Below, piece by piece: positions 9,556 through 18,375 of a stretch of DNA of 64,000 bases; the stretch's first letter is position 1, and every line of letters begins with the position of its first letter. The position numbers and the translations under genes are program-made. Below the pieces are notes generated by a model. The model was not told where the DNA came from and made no database searches. It saw only the letters and a program-made list of their open reading frames with translations. Source of the stretch: an uncultured Chloroflexia bacterium (GTDB taxonomy: Bacteria > Chloroflexota > Limnocylindria > Limnocylindrales > CSP1-4); the NCBI GenBank assembly GCA_963699965.1, contig CAVOVX010000007.1:142885-206884 (forward strand), written 5' to 3'.

Positions 9556-10949
9556 GAACGCTCGAGGTACCGCTCGCGATCCCACGGATGGACGATCGCG
9601 TCATAGGTGTCCTGCTCCACCCGGGCCGCGTTCAGGTAGTGGGCCACGACATCCTCGCCCAAGATCTCGCGGGCGGCCTTCGATCCCTCGAGGGCCGGGA
9701 TCGCCTCCCACAGCGCCCGTGGCATCCGGTCGCAACCGGTCGCGAGGTAGCCGTTGCCCTTGTACTCGTCGGGCGGCTCCACCTTGTGCCGGATCCCGTA
9801 CAGCCCGGCGCCGACGAATGCGGCGTAGGTCAGGTAGGCGTTCATGTCCCCGCCCGGGAACCGGCACTCGACGTGAAGCCCCTGCCCGTTGCCGACCACC
9901 CGGAAGCCGGTCGTTCGGTTGTCGCGGCCCCAGACCACGTTGACCGGTGCCCATGAGGCGACTGCGAACCGCTTGTAGGAGTTGACGTTCGGGGCGAAGA
10001 AGATCGCCAGCTCGCGGGCGAGCTTCATCATCCCGCCCATGAAGTGGCGCATCGTCGTCGACATCCCGTAGGCCGCCTTCGACTTCGGGTCGTGCATCAG
10101 CGAGAGCGACCCGTCGGCGTTCCAGACGCTCATGTGGAGATGCCCCGACGAGCCGGTCCAGGTGTGGTCCGGCTTGGCCATGAACGTGATCCCCCAGCCG
10201 TTGAGGTAGGCGATCTCCTTCGCCCCGTGCTTGAACAGCACGCTCCGGTCGGCCGACTCGAGGACCTCGTCGTAGCGGATGTTGACCTCGTGCTGGCCGG
10301 CTGCCGCCTCGCCCTTGCTGAACTCGATCGGGATCCGGGCCTCCGTCATCTGGTTGCGCAGGAGGCGATGAAGCGGCTCGGCCTTCGTGGCCTGGAGCAG
10401 GTGATAGTCCTCGTTATAGGACCCGAACCGCTCCGGCGGGACGAATCCCTTGCGAGCCATGTCGTCCCAGCTGTCGCGCAGGACGTAGTACTCGAACTCC
10501 GAACCGGCCTTGATCACGAAGCCCTGTCGGGTGGCAGCCGCGACCTGGCGCTTGAGGATTGTCCGCGGCGAGATCGGGATCTCCTCCTGGGTCTCCTCGA
10601 CGATCGTGTCCGACAGGACGATGGCGGTCTTCTCGAGCCAGGGCAGGACCCGGAGCGTGTCCCAGACCGGCGCGGCGATCCAGTCGCCGTAGCCGGTCTC
10701 CCAGTTCATCAGCTGGAACCCCCCCGGCGTGTTCATCTCCATGTCCGTGCCCAGGAGGTACGTGCAGAAGTGGGCGCCGTGGTCGATCACCCCCTCGAGG
10801 AATGCCTGGGCCTGGACTCGCTTGCCCATCAGCCGACCCTGCATGTCGGTCAGGGCGACGACGAGCGTGTCGATCCGTCCGTCACGGACCATTCCCTCGA
10901 GCTCCTCGAGCCGAGCGTGCCTGCCGTGGTCGTGACTGTCGCTGCTCAT
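9552..10949 (-). CDS. glutamine synthetase family protein (GlnA-like gamma-glutamyl-amine ligase type)
   Basis: Intact. GAGGAG lies 6 nt upstream of the ATG at 10949. Motifs: GSEFEYYVL, KGEAAAGQHEVNIRY, GWGITFMAKP, GSSGHLHMSVW, NVNSYKRF, WGRDNRTTGFRV. Confidence 0.85.
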   Translation of the reverse strand: MSSDSHDHGRHARLEELEGMVRDGRIDTLVVALTDMQGRLMGKRVQAQAFLEGVIDHGAHFCTYLLGTDMEMNTPGGFQLMNWETGYGDWIAAPVWDTLRVLPWLEKTAIVLSDTIVEETQEEIPISPRTILKRQVAAATRQGFVIKAGSEFEYYVLRDSWDDMARKGFVPPERFGSYNEDYHLLQATKAEPLHRLLRNQMTEARIPIEFSKGEAAAGQHEVNIRYDEVLESADRSVLFKHGAKEIAYLNGWGITFMAKPDHTWTGSSGHLHMSVWNADGSLSLMHDPKSKAAYGMSTTMRHFMGGMMKLARELAIFFAPNVNSYKRFAVASWAPVNVVWGRDNRTTGFRVVGNGQGLHVECRFPGGDMNAYLTYAAFVGAGLYGIRHKVEPPDEYKGNGYLATGCDRMPRALWEAIPALEGSKAAREILGEDVVAHYLNAARVEQDTYDAIVHPWDRERYLERS

Positions 10950-11070
10950 CGTCCGCTCCTCGCTCCGGGGCAATTGGGTCGAAACGGAAGGGCCGACCGG
11001 GCGACCGGCCGACCCTCCGATGCTACGAGTCCGGACGCCGCCGCGCGAGGCGGCGGCGCGTGACCAACGT

Positions 11071-12801
11071 CTATGCGGTGGTGGTCCCGCCGAGGTGCTC
11101 GGCGGCCTGCTCGAACTCGCGCTCGAGCTCGGTCAGCTCGGCCTCGGCACCCTGGACGCGCGGTCCCTGGAACCTGGTCCGGGCCCATCCGAAGTAGTAG
11201 ACGAGCAGGAGGATCACGGTGCCGATCATGAATGGGAACGAGATGTTGCCCGACGTCGGGAAGCTGAACAGGATCATCAGGACGACGACCCAGAAGACCG
11301 CCAGCCAGGCGACGGGCTTCGACCAGCGTCCGAGGCTCCAGACGCGGAGCTTGAGCCAGTCGGTCGTCGTCGCCCCGAGGTAGATGACGACGCCATACGC
11401 CGCATACAGGAAGATCGTGCTGATGGCGGTCACGATGACGATCGCGGTGCCACCGCCGACGACGCCGGCCAGGAGGGTGAACACCCAGGCGACGATCACG
11501 ATCCCGGCCAGAGCGTTGGCCGGCGTCCGGTAGCGATGCGACACCTTCTTCAGCCAGCCCGAGGCCGGGACTCCGTCGTCGCGGGCGAACGCGAAGAGCA
11601 TCCGTCCGGCAGCGGCCACGGAGGCGAGGCCGCAGAACGACATCGCGATCGCGATGCCGGCCGCGAGCAGATCCCCGGCCCCGACGCCCACAAGGACGAT
11701 GCTGTTGAGGTTGTACTCGAGGATCGAGATCACCGCCACGCCGCCGCCGAAGTAATACTGGCTGGCAGGGGCCTGGACCGGCGTTTCGAGCGTCGCCGGG
11801 AAGAGCGCCTTGAGGTCCGGCAGGTGGGTCGTCAGAGCGAACAGGAAGATGAACCCGACGATCGCCGAGACGGCGACCGACAGGAACACGCCCCAGGCGC
11901 TCGACATCCTGGCCCCGACGGTCTCCTCCGCGACGTGCGCCGAGGCGTCGTAGCCGGTATATGTCCAGTTCGCCAACAGGAGCGAGAAGAAGAACGCGAG
12001 GACCAGTGGGTACGTCTGCGCCGCGCCGTAGCTCACGTTGATCAAGCACGAGCCGGCGGTCTTCGGATCACACGTTGTAGGAATAGTGTTCGCCCAGCCT
12101 CCGGCCACGTCCTGCGGCTGGATCGCGAACAGGGTCAGGCCGCTGATGTCTGGCTTGCCGATCGCGAAGACGAGGATCACGACCAGCGCGACGATGGCGA
12201 TATGCCACCAGACGCTGACCTGGTTGAGGAGCGCGACAAGGTTGATGCCGGCGATGTTGAGCACGAGCTCCACGAGCATGAGCACGCCCATCGTCAGGAG
12301 CTGGCCGGTCAGCCAGGTCTGTCCCAGCACGAGGGTCGTGTTCTGGTAGTCGATACCGGCGTTCTTCAGCAGCGGCGTGATGATCGTACCGTTGAGGAAC
12401 GCCGCGGCCGCGAAGTTGATCCCGGCGACGATCGCGAACTGGCCGATGAGATTGAGCCACGCCGTCCACCAGCCCCAGTTCTTGTTCTTCATCTTGCTGG
12501 CCCAGTAGTAGAGCCCGCCGGCAGTCGGGTAAGCCGACGCGATCTCGGCCATCGAGGCGGCGATGAGCAGGACGAAGGCCGTGACGAGCGGCCAGCCGAT
12601 GAGGACCGCAGCGGTGCCTGCCCAGGCGAGGCCGTAGTCGTAGAGGATGACCGCTCCGGTCAGGATCGAGATGATCGAGAAGCTGATCGCGAAGTTGCTG
12701 AACCCGCCCATCGTGCGCAGGAGCTCCTGGGCGTATCCCAGCCCGTGGAGATCCTTGACATCCTGGGCGATCTGATCGTCCCGAGATGGTGCTTGGGTCA
12801 T
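11071..12801 (-). CDS. APC-superfamily amino acid/amine permease
   Basis: ATG at 12801 preceded by GGGAGG. 576 aa with 12 or more hydrophobic helices: FSNFAISFSIISILTGAVILY, AEIASAYPTAGGLYYWA, WWTAWLNLIGQFAIVAGINF, YTGYDASAHVAEET. The 124 codons upstream in ORF 11071..13173 are Arg/Pro-rich non-coding read-through. Confidence 0.85.
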   Translation of the reverse strand: MTQAPSRDDQIAQDVKDLHGLGYAQELLRTMGGFSNFAISFSIISILTGAVILYDYGLAWAGTAAVLIGWPLVTAFVLLIAASMAEIASAYPTAGGLYYWASKMKNKNWGWWTAWLNLIGQFAIVAGINFAAAAFLNGTIITPLLKNAGIDYQNTTLVLGQTWLTGQLLTMGVLMLVELVLNIAGINLVALLNQVSVWWHIAIVALVVILVFAIGKPDISGLTLFAIQPQDVAGGWANTIPTTCDPKTAGSCLINVSYGAAQTYPLVLAFFFSLLLANWTYTGYDASAHVAEETVGARMSSAWGVFLSVAVSAIVGFIFLFALTTHLPDLKALFPATLETPVQAPASQYYFGGGVAVISILEYNLNSIVLVGVGAGDLLAAGIAIAMSFCGLASVAAAGRMLFAFARDDGVPASGWLKKVSHRYRTPANALAGIVIVAWVFTLLAGVVGGGTAIVIVTAISTIFLYAAYGVVIYLGATTTDWLKLRVWSLGRWSKPVAWLAVFWVVVLMILFSFPTSGNISFPFMIGTVILLLVYYFGWARTRFQGPRVQGAEAELTELEREFEQAAEHLGGTTTA

Positions 12802-13157
12802 CGATGCCTCCCTCGACCGTTGGACACCCGGGCGGACACATGGTCGACGCGGCCGGGGCCGGATCCCCTCCCTCAGGGTCCGGTTGGGATCGGAACGCGA
12901 TCGTGGCCGTTTGGGCCAGCCAATCGCGGATGACGCGCAGTACGCGGGAATGGCGGTCGCCGACACAACGCCCTTCGCTCGTCGGCGCTCAATCGTGGTC
13001 GGTCGCGGGGCCCTCCGTTCGACCGTCCGCCGAGAGCGTCCAGGTCGTCCCCGGGGCGGGCGATGGCGGGCACGATACTCCTCGGCTCGACCGTGCGGAA
13101 GGGGTCGTGCGCAGTGACCCGGTGACCGGGACGGCCTTGGCACCGTAGGATCGCCCC

Positions 13158-14318
13158 GTGGACGAAACGGCACGGCCGATCCTCGAGGTCGGGGCGCTCC
13201 TGCTGGCGGCTGCCGCCGCCGGCTGGCTGGCGCGCCGGCTGGGCCTGCCGGCCGTGGTTGGCTACCTGACCGTCGGGCTGGTCGTCTCGCCGTTCACGCC
13301 GGGCTACGTCGCCGAGCACGACCAGCTCGTCCTGTTCGCCGACGTCGGCGTCGTCCTCCTGCTGTTCGAGGTCGGGATCGAGGTAGACCTCGGTCGCTTG
13401 CGCACGGACCAGGGCGCGTTGCTCTGGGCGGCGCCGGTTCAGACGGTCGCGACCGCCGCGATCTCCGGTGCGGCGTTCCTCGTCGCCGGTCTCGAACCGG
13501 CCGCCGCGGCGCTGCTCGGGCTGTCGATCGCGCTGTCCTCGAGCGTGGTCATCGTGAACATCACCCGGAGCCGGCGCAGGACGACCGACCCGCACACCGA
13601 GCGGGTGCTCGTCGGCTGGGGCGTCCTGCAGGACGTGACCGGCGTGTCGATCGCGATCGTCCTGCTGGCGATCCTCGGCTCGGGCCGGCCGGTCCTCGAG
13701 TCGGTCGTGGGATTGGTCGGCTTCGGCTTCCTCGCGGTCGCGGCCGCCCGGATCCTGCCGCTCGCCCTCGTCCGGCTGCGGTCCGAGCACGACCTGTTCC
13801 TGCTCGTCTCGGTCTCGACCGGGCTCGCCCTGGCCGGGGCCGGAGCGGTCCTGGCCGGAATCCCGATCGCGCTGGCGGCGTTCATCGCCGGCCTGGCCGT
13901 AGCAGACAGCGCCGAGGCGGGCGAGGCCCGTCGCCGACTGCTGCCCTTCCGCGACGTGTTCGCCGTCTTCTTCTTCGTCGCGATCGGGACGCTGATCGAC
14001 CCGGCCGCGGTGGGTCGCGGCCTCCCGTGGCTGGGGCTCGCGCTCGTCCTCGTGGTCGTCGCCAAGTCGGCGCTCGCCTACGGCCTGACCCGGTTGACCC
14101 GGCTGTCGGACAGCCCCGTCCAGGTGGCCGTCGGTCTCGGCCAGATCGGCGAGTTCAGCTTCGTCCTGGCCTCGGTGGGGCTCGCCCGCGGCGTGATCGG
14201 CCAGGACGTCTTCGCGGCGATCCTCGCCGCGGTCGCGATCTCGATCGCCGGGTCGACGATCCTGGTCCGGGTCGTGCGCCGGCCGGCGGGGCCGCTGGCG
14301 GCAGCCGCCGGTCAGTAG
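13158..14318 (+). CDS. monovalent cation:proton antiporter-2 (CPA2, Kef/NapA-like) membrane domain
   Basis: Intact 386 aa. Motifs: LGLPAVVGYLTVGLVVSPFTPG, LFADVGVVLLLFEVGIEVDL, GWGVLQDVTGV, AAFIAGLAVADS, QIGEFSFVLA. TAGGAT ends 6 nt before the GTG start, so a leaderless transcript is possible. Confidence 0.85.
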   Translation: MDETARPILEVGALLLAAAAAGWLARRLGLPAVVGYLTVGLVVSPFTPGYVAEHDQLVLFADVGVVLLLFEVGIEVDLGRLRTDQGALLWAAPVQTVATAAISGAAFLVAGLEPAAAALLGLSIALSSSVVIVNITRSRRRTTDPHTERVLVGWGVLQDVTGVSIAIVLLAILGSGRPVLESVVGLVGFGFLAVAAARILPLALVRLRSEHDLFLLVSVSTGLALAGAGAVLAGIPIALAAFIAGLAVADSAEAGEARRRLLPFRDVFAVFFFVAIGTLIDPAAVGRGLPWLGLALVLVVVAKSALAYGLTRLTRLSDSPVQVAVGLGQIGEFSFVLASVGLARGVIGQDVFAAILAAVAISIAGSTILVRVVRRPAGPLAAAAGQ

Positions 14319-15094
14319 ATCAGGGTCGTCCCGGTCGGGAAGCTGAAGGCGAACGCCGACGGCGGTATCGGCGCGTCCGGCGCGAGGTCGACGACGGTCG
14401 CGGTCCGGGTGGCCTCAGCCCCGATCGTCTCGATCAGCCGGCTGATCAGGCCGGTCTCCCGGTCGAAGCTGAGCTGGAAGTGGTGATCCGGGCGATCCGC
14501 CGTAAGCTCGATGGCCCGCGGGTGGTCGCAATCGAGCAGGATCGCCTCTCGGCCGGCGATCTCGGCCGTCCCCGAGACCCAGCAGCGCCCCGTCGCGAGG
14601 ACGTTCTGGCAGAACCCGGCCGGATGGACGAAGGTGTCGGGGAGCGTCTCGGCGGGGAGCGCGGTGAGGGCACGGTAGACGGTCGACCGGCCGGGCAGGT
14701 CCGGGTCGTCGAGCCCGACAACCGAGCGCCTGACCGGTCGCTGGGTGCCGAGCTTGTGCGGCGCCGAGTACGTTCGGACGATCTCGCCGTCGGTCAGCCA
14801 GACCTCGTAGTTGCCGGCCGTGCCGCGGCTCGGCTCGGTCGTCGTCACCCTGGCCTGACCGGGGTGGCGGACGGCCAGGTCGATGACCGTGAGGTGGTCG
14901 CCGACGGCCGTTGCGGTCCGCTCCTCGATCCGCATCCGGAGGGTCTCGAATCGAAGCTCGGCGTCCCGGGCGAAGGTGAAGAGCTCGTCGACGCTCGGCA
15001 GGCCCATCGCCAGGCTGACGATCTCGGGACGGACCACGCCGTCGACCGCAACCGGCAGGCTGGCGGCGCGATCCCACAGGCGTGTCTCCGACAT
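14312..15094 (-). CDS. hypothetical cytoplasmic protein, possibly LolA-like/DUF2092-type beta-fold
   Basis: Intact 260 aa with no signal peptide and high third-position GC. The C-terminal pattern PSAFAFSFPTGTTLIY resembles the end of LolA-like folds. The fold assignment is a guess. Confidence 0.5.
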   Translation of the reverse strand: MSETRLWDRAASLPVAVDGVVRPEIVSLAMGLPSVDELFTFARDAELRFETLRMRIEERTATAVGDHLTVIDLAVRHPGQARVTTTEPSRGTAGNYEVWLTDGEIVRTYSAPHKLGTQRPVRRSVVGLDDPDLPGRSTVYRALTALPAETLPDTFVHPAGFCQNVLATGRCWVSGTAEIAGREAILLDCDHPRAIELTADRPDHHFQLSFDRETGLISRLIETIGAEATRTATVVDLAPDAPIPPSAFAFSFPTGTTLIY

Positions 15095-15189
15095 CGGCCG
15101 GATTGTACCGGGGCTGGAGGTGGCGTCGTCTCGCGGCCGCGTCGCTCGATCGCGACGACAGCGGGTCGAGGTGGGTCGCGCGAGGTGCC

Positions 15190-15234
15190 TTGACAGGTGG
15201 TCGCTTCGGGTCTATATATCGTGATGCGATATAT
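15190..15234 (+). promoter_or_regulatory. sigma-70-type promoter (TTGACA-17 nt-TATATA) overlapped by a perfect palindrome, probable PadR operator
   Basis: TTGACA at 15190-15195, exactly 17 nt of spacer, TATATA at 15213-15218. The palindrome ATATATCG-TGATG-CGATATAT spans 15214-15234. GAGGAG follows at 15240-15245 and the padR GTG at 15252. This is an isolated AT-rich patch in GC-rich DNA. Confidence 0.65.
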
Positions 15235-15251
15235 CGCCCGAGGAGCTATCT

Positions 15252-15572
15252 GTGGGATCCGGCATCACCGATCTCGGCCGGTTCGCGGAACCGTCTCTGT
15301 ACATCCTCGTCTCGCTCAGTGGCGGCGCCAAGCATGGCTACGCGATCATGACCGACGTCGAAGCCATCTCCGGCGTGCCGATGGGACCGGGCACGTTGTA
15401 TGGAGCGCTCGCCCGGCTCGAGCGTCGGGGGCTCATCGAGGCGCTCGAACCCGTCGACCGGCGCCGTCCCTACCGGCTGACCGCGCTCGGCGCTACGACG
15501 CTCGAGGCCCAGCTGGCGAGCCTCGATGGGTTCGTCCGGACCGGCCTCGCCCGGCTGGACGAGCGGAGCTGA
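15252..15572 (+). CDS. PadR-family transcriptional regulator
   Basis: 106 aa. Winged-helix PadR core: LYILVSLSGGAKHGYAIMTDVEAISGVPMGPGTLYGALARLERRGLIE ... YRLTALG. Confidence 0.9.
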   Translation: MGSGITDLGRFAEPSLYILVSLSGGAKHGYAIMTDVEAISGVPMGPGTLYGALARLERRGLIEALEPVDRRRPYRLTALGATTLEAQLASLDGFVRTGLARLDERS

Positions 15573-15573
15573 C

Positions 15574-16188
15574 GTGCCCGTCGTGACTCGCCCAGCGGCC
15601 CACGGGCTCTCACGACGGCAGCTCCTGCGCGCGTCGATCGGCGGTGCGATCGGCTTGTGGCTGGCCGAGGTCGGCGCAGGATTCCTCGCCTTCCTGTGGC
15701 CGACCGGCACGCTCGCCCTGGCCAAGGTCCGGGTCGGGACCCTCAAGGAGCTGATGATCGCCAACCCCGGCCTCCCGATCGACAAGGGGTTCCCGGCGTA
15801 CGTACCCGACGCCCGGGCGTTCATCGTCGTCGTCGACCCGACCCGCCACGAGTTCCTCCCCGGCGAGGACCTGACCGGGGACGGGACCCTGCTCAACGTC
15901 CGGGCGCTCTACCAGGTCTGCCCGCACCTCGGCTGTCGGCCGAACCCGTGCATCGAGGACTTCTGGTTCCATTGCCCGTGCCATCAATCCCGCTACGATC
16001 GGCTCGGGATCAAGCCGGCCGGCACTGCGTATGGGCCGGCGCCCCACGGTCTGGACCGGTTCGCAATCAGCGTCGACGATCACGGCGTGCTCACAGTCGA
16101 TCGCACACGGCTCGTTCTCGGGCCGCTGCCGATCGCCCTCGGCCAACCCGGCGTCATCCCGCCGAAGGTGGCGAACGGCTGCCAGTGA
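15574..16188 (+). CDS. Rieske [2Fe-2S] protein (QcrA-like) with twin-arginine signal/TM anchor
   Basis: GTG at 15574, 1 nt after the padR stop. SRRQLLRASIGGAIGLWLAEVGAGFLAFLW (Tat motif plus TM helix). Rieske boxes: CPHLGC and CPCHQSRYD. Confidence 0.85.
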   Translation: MPVVTRPAAHGLSRRQLLRASIGGAIGLWLAEVGAGFLAFLWPTGTLALAKVRVGTLKELMIANPGLPIDKGFPAYVPDARAFIVVVDPTRHEFLPGEDLTGDGTLLNVRALYQVCPHLGCRPNPCIEDFWFHCPCHQSRYDRLGIKPAGTAYGPAPHGLDRFAISVDDHGVLTVDRTRLVLGPLPIALGQPGVIPPKVANGCQ

Positions 16189-16889
16189 GCCCGACCCGGT
16201 ACGTTCGGCTCTACCCGCGCGCCTGGCGGGCTCGCTACGAGGACGAGTTCCTGGCGGTCCTGGAAGCCGCGTCACTCGATCGGACGGCAAGGGTCGACAT
16301 CGTGCGCGGTGCCCTCGATGCCCATCTCCACCCGGCCGAGCCGTCGCTCGTGCCAGGCCTGGCGGCCGTCCTCGGCGGCGGTCTGTGGATCCTCGGCACG
16401 GTCCCGATTGCGGCGCTGCCGACGCCGCCCGACTGGCCGGGCTACTTCATCGACAGCCTGCCCGTGGCGATCGTCGCGGTCGTCGTCCTGACGATCGCGA
16501 TCGGCGGCACCTGGCTGCGCGGCGACGGTCGCGGCGGAGCGGCCGGCCGCCGAATGGGACGGGCCGGGATTGCCCTCGCGATCCTCGGCCACGTCGCCTG
16601 GGCGGGCGCCCTCGTCGGGACGCTGGCTGGGTTCGGCTACGGCGCACCCGTCGCGATCGTCTCGACGGTCGCCGGGTTGGGCACGGTCCTCGTCGGGCTG
16701 TCGCTGGCCACTGCCGGCGACTGGCCGATCGCCGGTCTGGTCATCGTTGCCCCGATCCTGCTCGTCGTGCCACCGTGGGTCGTCCCGTCTCCGGCCGCAT
16801 GGCTCGCCTTCGGAGCGATCTGGATCGGGATCGGCCTGCTCGAGCTGTTCGGCCGGTCGCCGCAGGTGGGGCCGCTCCGCCTGACCTGA
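16185..16889 (+). CDS. integral membrane protein of the PadR operon (cytoplasmic N-terminal helix plus about 6 TM helices)
   Basis: The GTG at 16185 overlaps the Rieske stop (GTGA). Reads [27 protein letters not shown], then hydrophobic helices such as [35 protein letters not shown] and [19 protein letters not shown]. Confidence 0.7.
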   Translation: MSPTRYVRLYPRAWRARYEDEFLAVLEAASLDRTARVDIVRGALDAHLHPAEPSLVPGLAAVLGGGLWILGTVPIAALPTPPDWPGYFIDSLPVAIVAVVVLTIAIGGTWLRGDGRGGAAGRRMGRAGIALAILGHVAWAGALVGTLAGFGYGAPVAIVSTVAGLGTVLVGLSLATAGDWPIAGLVIVAPILLVVPPWVVPSPAAWLAFGAIWIGIGLLELFGRSPQVGPLRLT

Positions 16890-16923
16890 CCGCCGGGGAA
16901 GGCTGCCGACGTACACTCGGCAG

Positions 16924-18366
16924 ATGACGGCCACCGACAACGCTGCGACCTCCGGCGCCGGACCTGCCGGGCTGCGGATCGAGAAGGACGCCCTCGGCGA
17001 GGTCGCCGTCCCGGCGGATCGCTACTGGGGTGCCCAGACCCAGCGGTCGGTCCAGAACTTCCGGATCGGGGTCGGGCGGTTCACCTGGGGACGACCGGTC
17101 ATCCGCGCGCTGGGCATCCTCAAGCTCTGTGCGGCCAGGGCAAACGTCGAGCTCGGTCAGCTGTCGCCGGACAAGGCGGCCCTGATCGAAGCCGCCGCGC
17201 GCGAGGTGATCGACGGCCGGCTCGACGACGAGTTCCCGCTCGTCGTGTTCCAGACCGGCTCGGGCACCCAGACCAACATGAACGCCAACGAGGTCATCGC
17301 GGGCCGGGCCAACGAGCTCGCCGGGAGCGGCCGTGGCGGCAAGTCGCCGATCCACCCGAACGACGACGTCAATCTCTCGCAGTCGTCGAACGACGCCTTC
17401 CCAACGGTCATGCACCTCGCGACGGTCGAGGAGCTCGAGGGCAAGGTCATCCCCGCGGTCGAGGGTCTCCGCGACACGCTCCGGGCCAAGTCCGCCGCGT
17501 ATGCGGACGTCGTCATGCTCGGGCGGACCCACCTCCAGGATGCGACCCCGGTCACGCTCGGCCAGGTCATCGGTGGCTGGGCGGCGCAGCTCGACGCTGC
17601 GCTCGACGGGATCCACGCGGCCCTGCCGGCCCTGTACCAGCTCGCGCTCGGCGGCACCGCGGTCGGGACCGGGCTGAACGCCGACCCGCGCTTCGGCGAT
17701 CTCGCCGCCATGGAGCTCGCCGAGGAGACCGGCCGTCCGTTCCGGGCGGCGCCCGACAAGTTCGCCGCGCTCTCTGCCCACGACGCGATCGTCGCCGCGT
17801 CCGCCGCGCTGCGCACGCTCGCCGTGGCCTCGATGAAGATCGCCAACGACGTCCGCTGGTACGCCTCGGGGCCGCGGGCCGGAATCGGCGAGCTGCTGAT
17901 CCCGGAGAACGAGCCTGGCTCGTCGATCATGCCGGGCAAGATCAACCCGACCCAGAGCGAGGCGCTCAGCCAGGTGGTCGTCCAGGTCTTCGGCTGCGAC
18001 GCCGCGGTCGCCTTCGCCGGCTCGCAGGGCAACTTCCAGCTCAACGTCTACAAGCCGGTCATGCTCGACAACGTGCTCACGGCCGCGACCCTGCTGGCCG
18101 AGGCGATCCTGTCCTTCGATCGGAACTGCGCGGTCGGGATCGAGCCGAACCTGCCCCGGATCCGCGAGCACCTCGAGGAATCGCTGATGCTCGTGACCGC
18201 GCTCAACCCCCACATCGGCTACGAGAAGTCGGCCGAGATCGCGCTCCACGCCCATCGGACCGGGTCCTCGCTCCGGGCCGCCGCGCTGGAGCTCGGCCAC
18301 GTCACGCCCGAGGAGTTCGACGCCTGGCTCGATCCCGCGGCGATGACCCATCCGCTCGACGACTGA
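16924..18366 (+). CDS. fumC: class II fumarate hydratase
   Basis: Intact 480 aa. Motifs: [49 protein letters not shown], and [17 protein letters not shown] (the lyase-1 signature, with the TQxE version typical of FumC). Confidence 0.9.
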   Translation: MTATDNAATSGAGPAGLRIEKDALGEVAVPADRYWGAQTQRSVQNFRIGVGRFTWGRPVIRALGILKLCAARANVELGQLSPDKAALIEAAAREVIDGRLDDEFPLVVFQTGSGTQTNMNANEVIAGRANELAGSGRGGKSPIHPNDDVNLSQSSNDAFPTVMHLATVEELEGKVIPAVEGLRDTLRAKSAAYADVVMLGRTHLQDATPVTLGQVIGGWAAQLDAALDGIHAALPALYQLALGGTAVGTGLNADPRFGDLAAMELAEETGRPFRAAPDKFAALSAHDAIVAASAALRTLAVASMKIANDVRWYASGPRAGIGELLIPENEPGSSIMPGKINPTQSEALSQVVVQVFGCDAAVAFAGSQGNFQLNVYKPVMLDNVLTAATLLAEAILSFDRNCAVGIEPNLPRIREHLEESLMLVTALNPHIGYEKSAEIALHAHRTGSSLRAAALELGHVTPEEFDAWLDPAAMTHPLDD

Positions 18367-18375
18367 CATCGTCCC

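Noticed and set aside
7034-9943. Very long ORFs in the supplied track: 7034..9943 (+), 969 aa; 7206..9083 (-); 11020..12933 (+); 16741..18564 (-); 21828..23774 (-); 22577..24643 (+) upstream part; 47762..49672 (-); 54368..56341 (+); 58380..60287 (-).
   Set aside because: These ORFs run antisense to, or out of frame with, genes that have unmistakable family motifs (ppgK, SDR, permease, fumC, crotonases, GT2/UPF0104, the cyclase-STAND genes). Their translations are Arg/Pro/Gly/Ala-rich with no motifs. Stop codons are rare in DNA this GC-rich, so such shadow ORFs are expected.
15574-16188. The Rieske protein or the flavin reductase (19256..19787) as the missing PaaE reductase of the phenylacetyl-CoA epoxidase.
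   Set aside because: PaaE is a cytoplasmic ferredoxin-NADP reductase-type protein with a plant-type [2Fe-2S] domain. The Rieske protein has a Tat signal and a membrane anchor and sits in a PadR operon 14 kb away. The flavin reductase is HpaC-like and frame-disrupted. Neither is linked to paaABCD.
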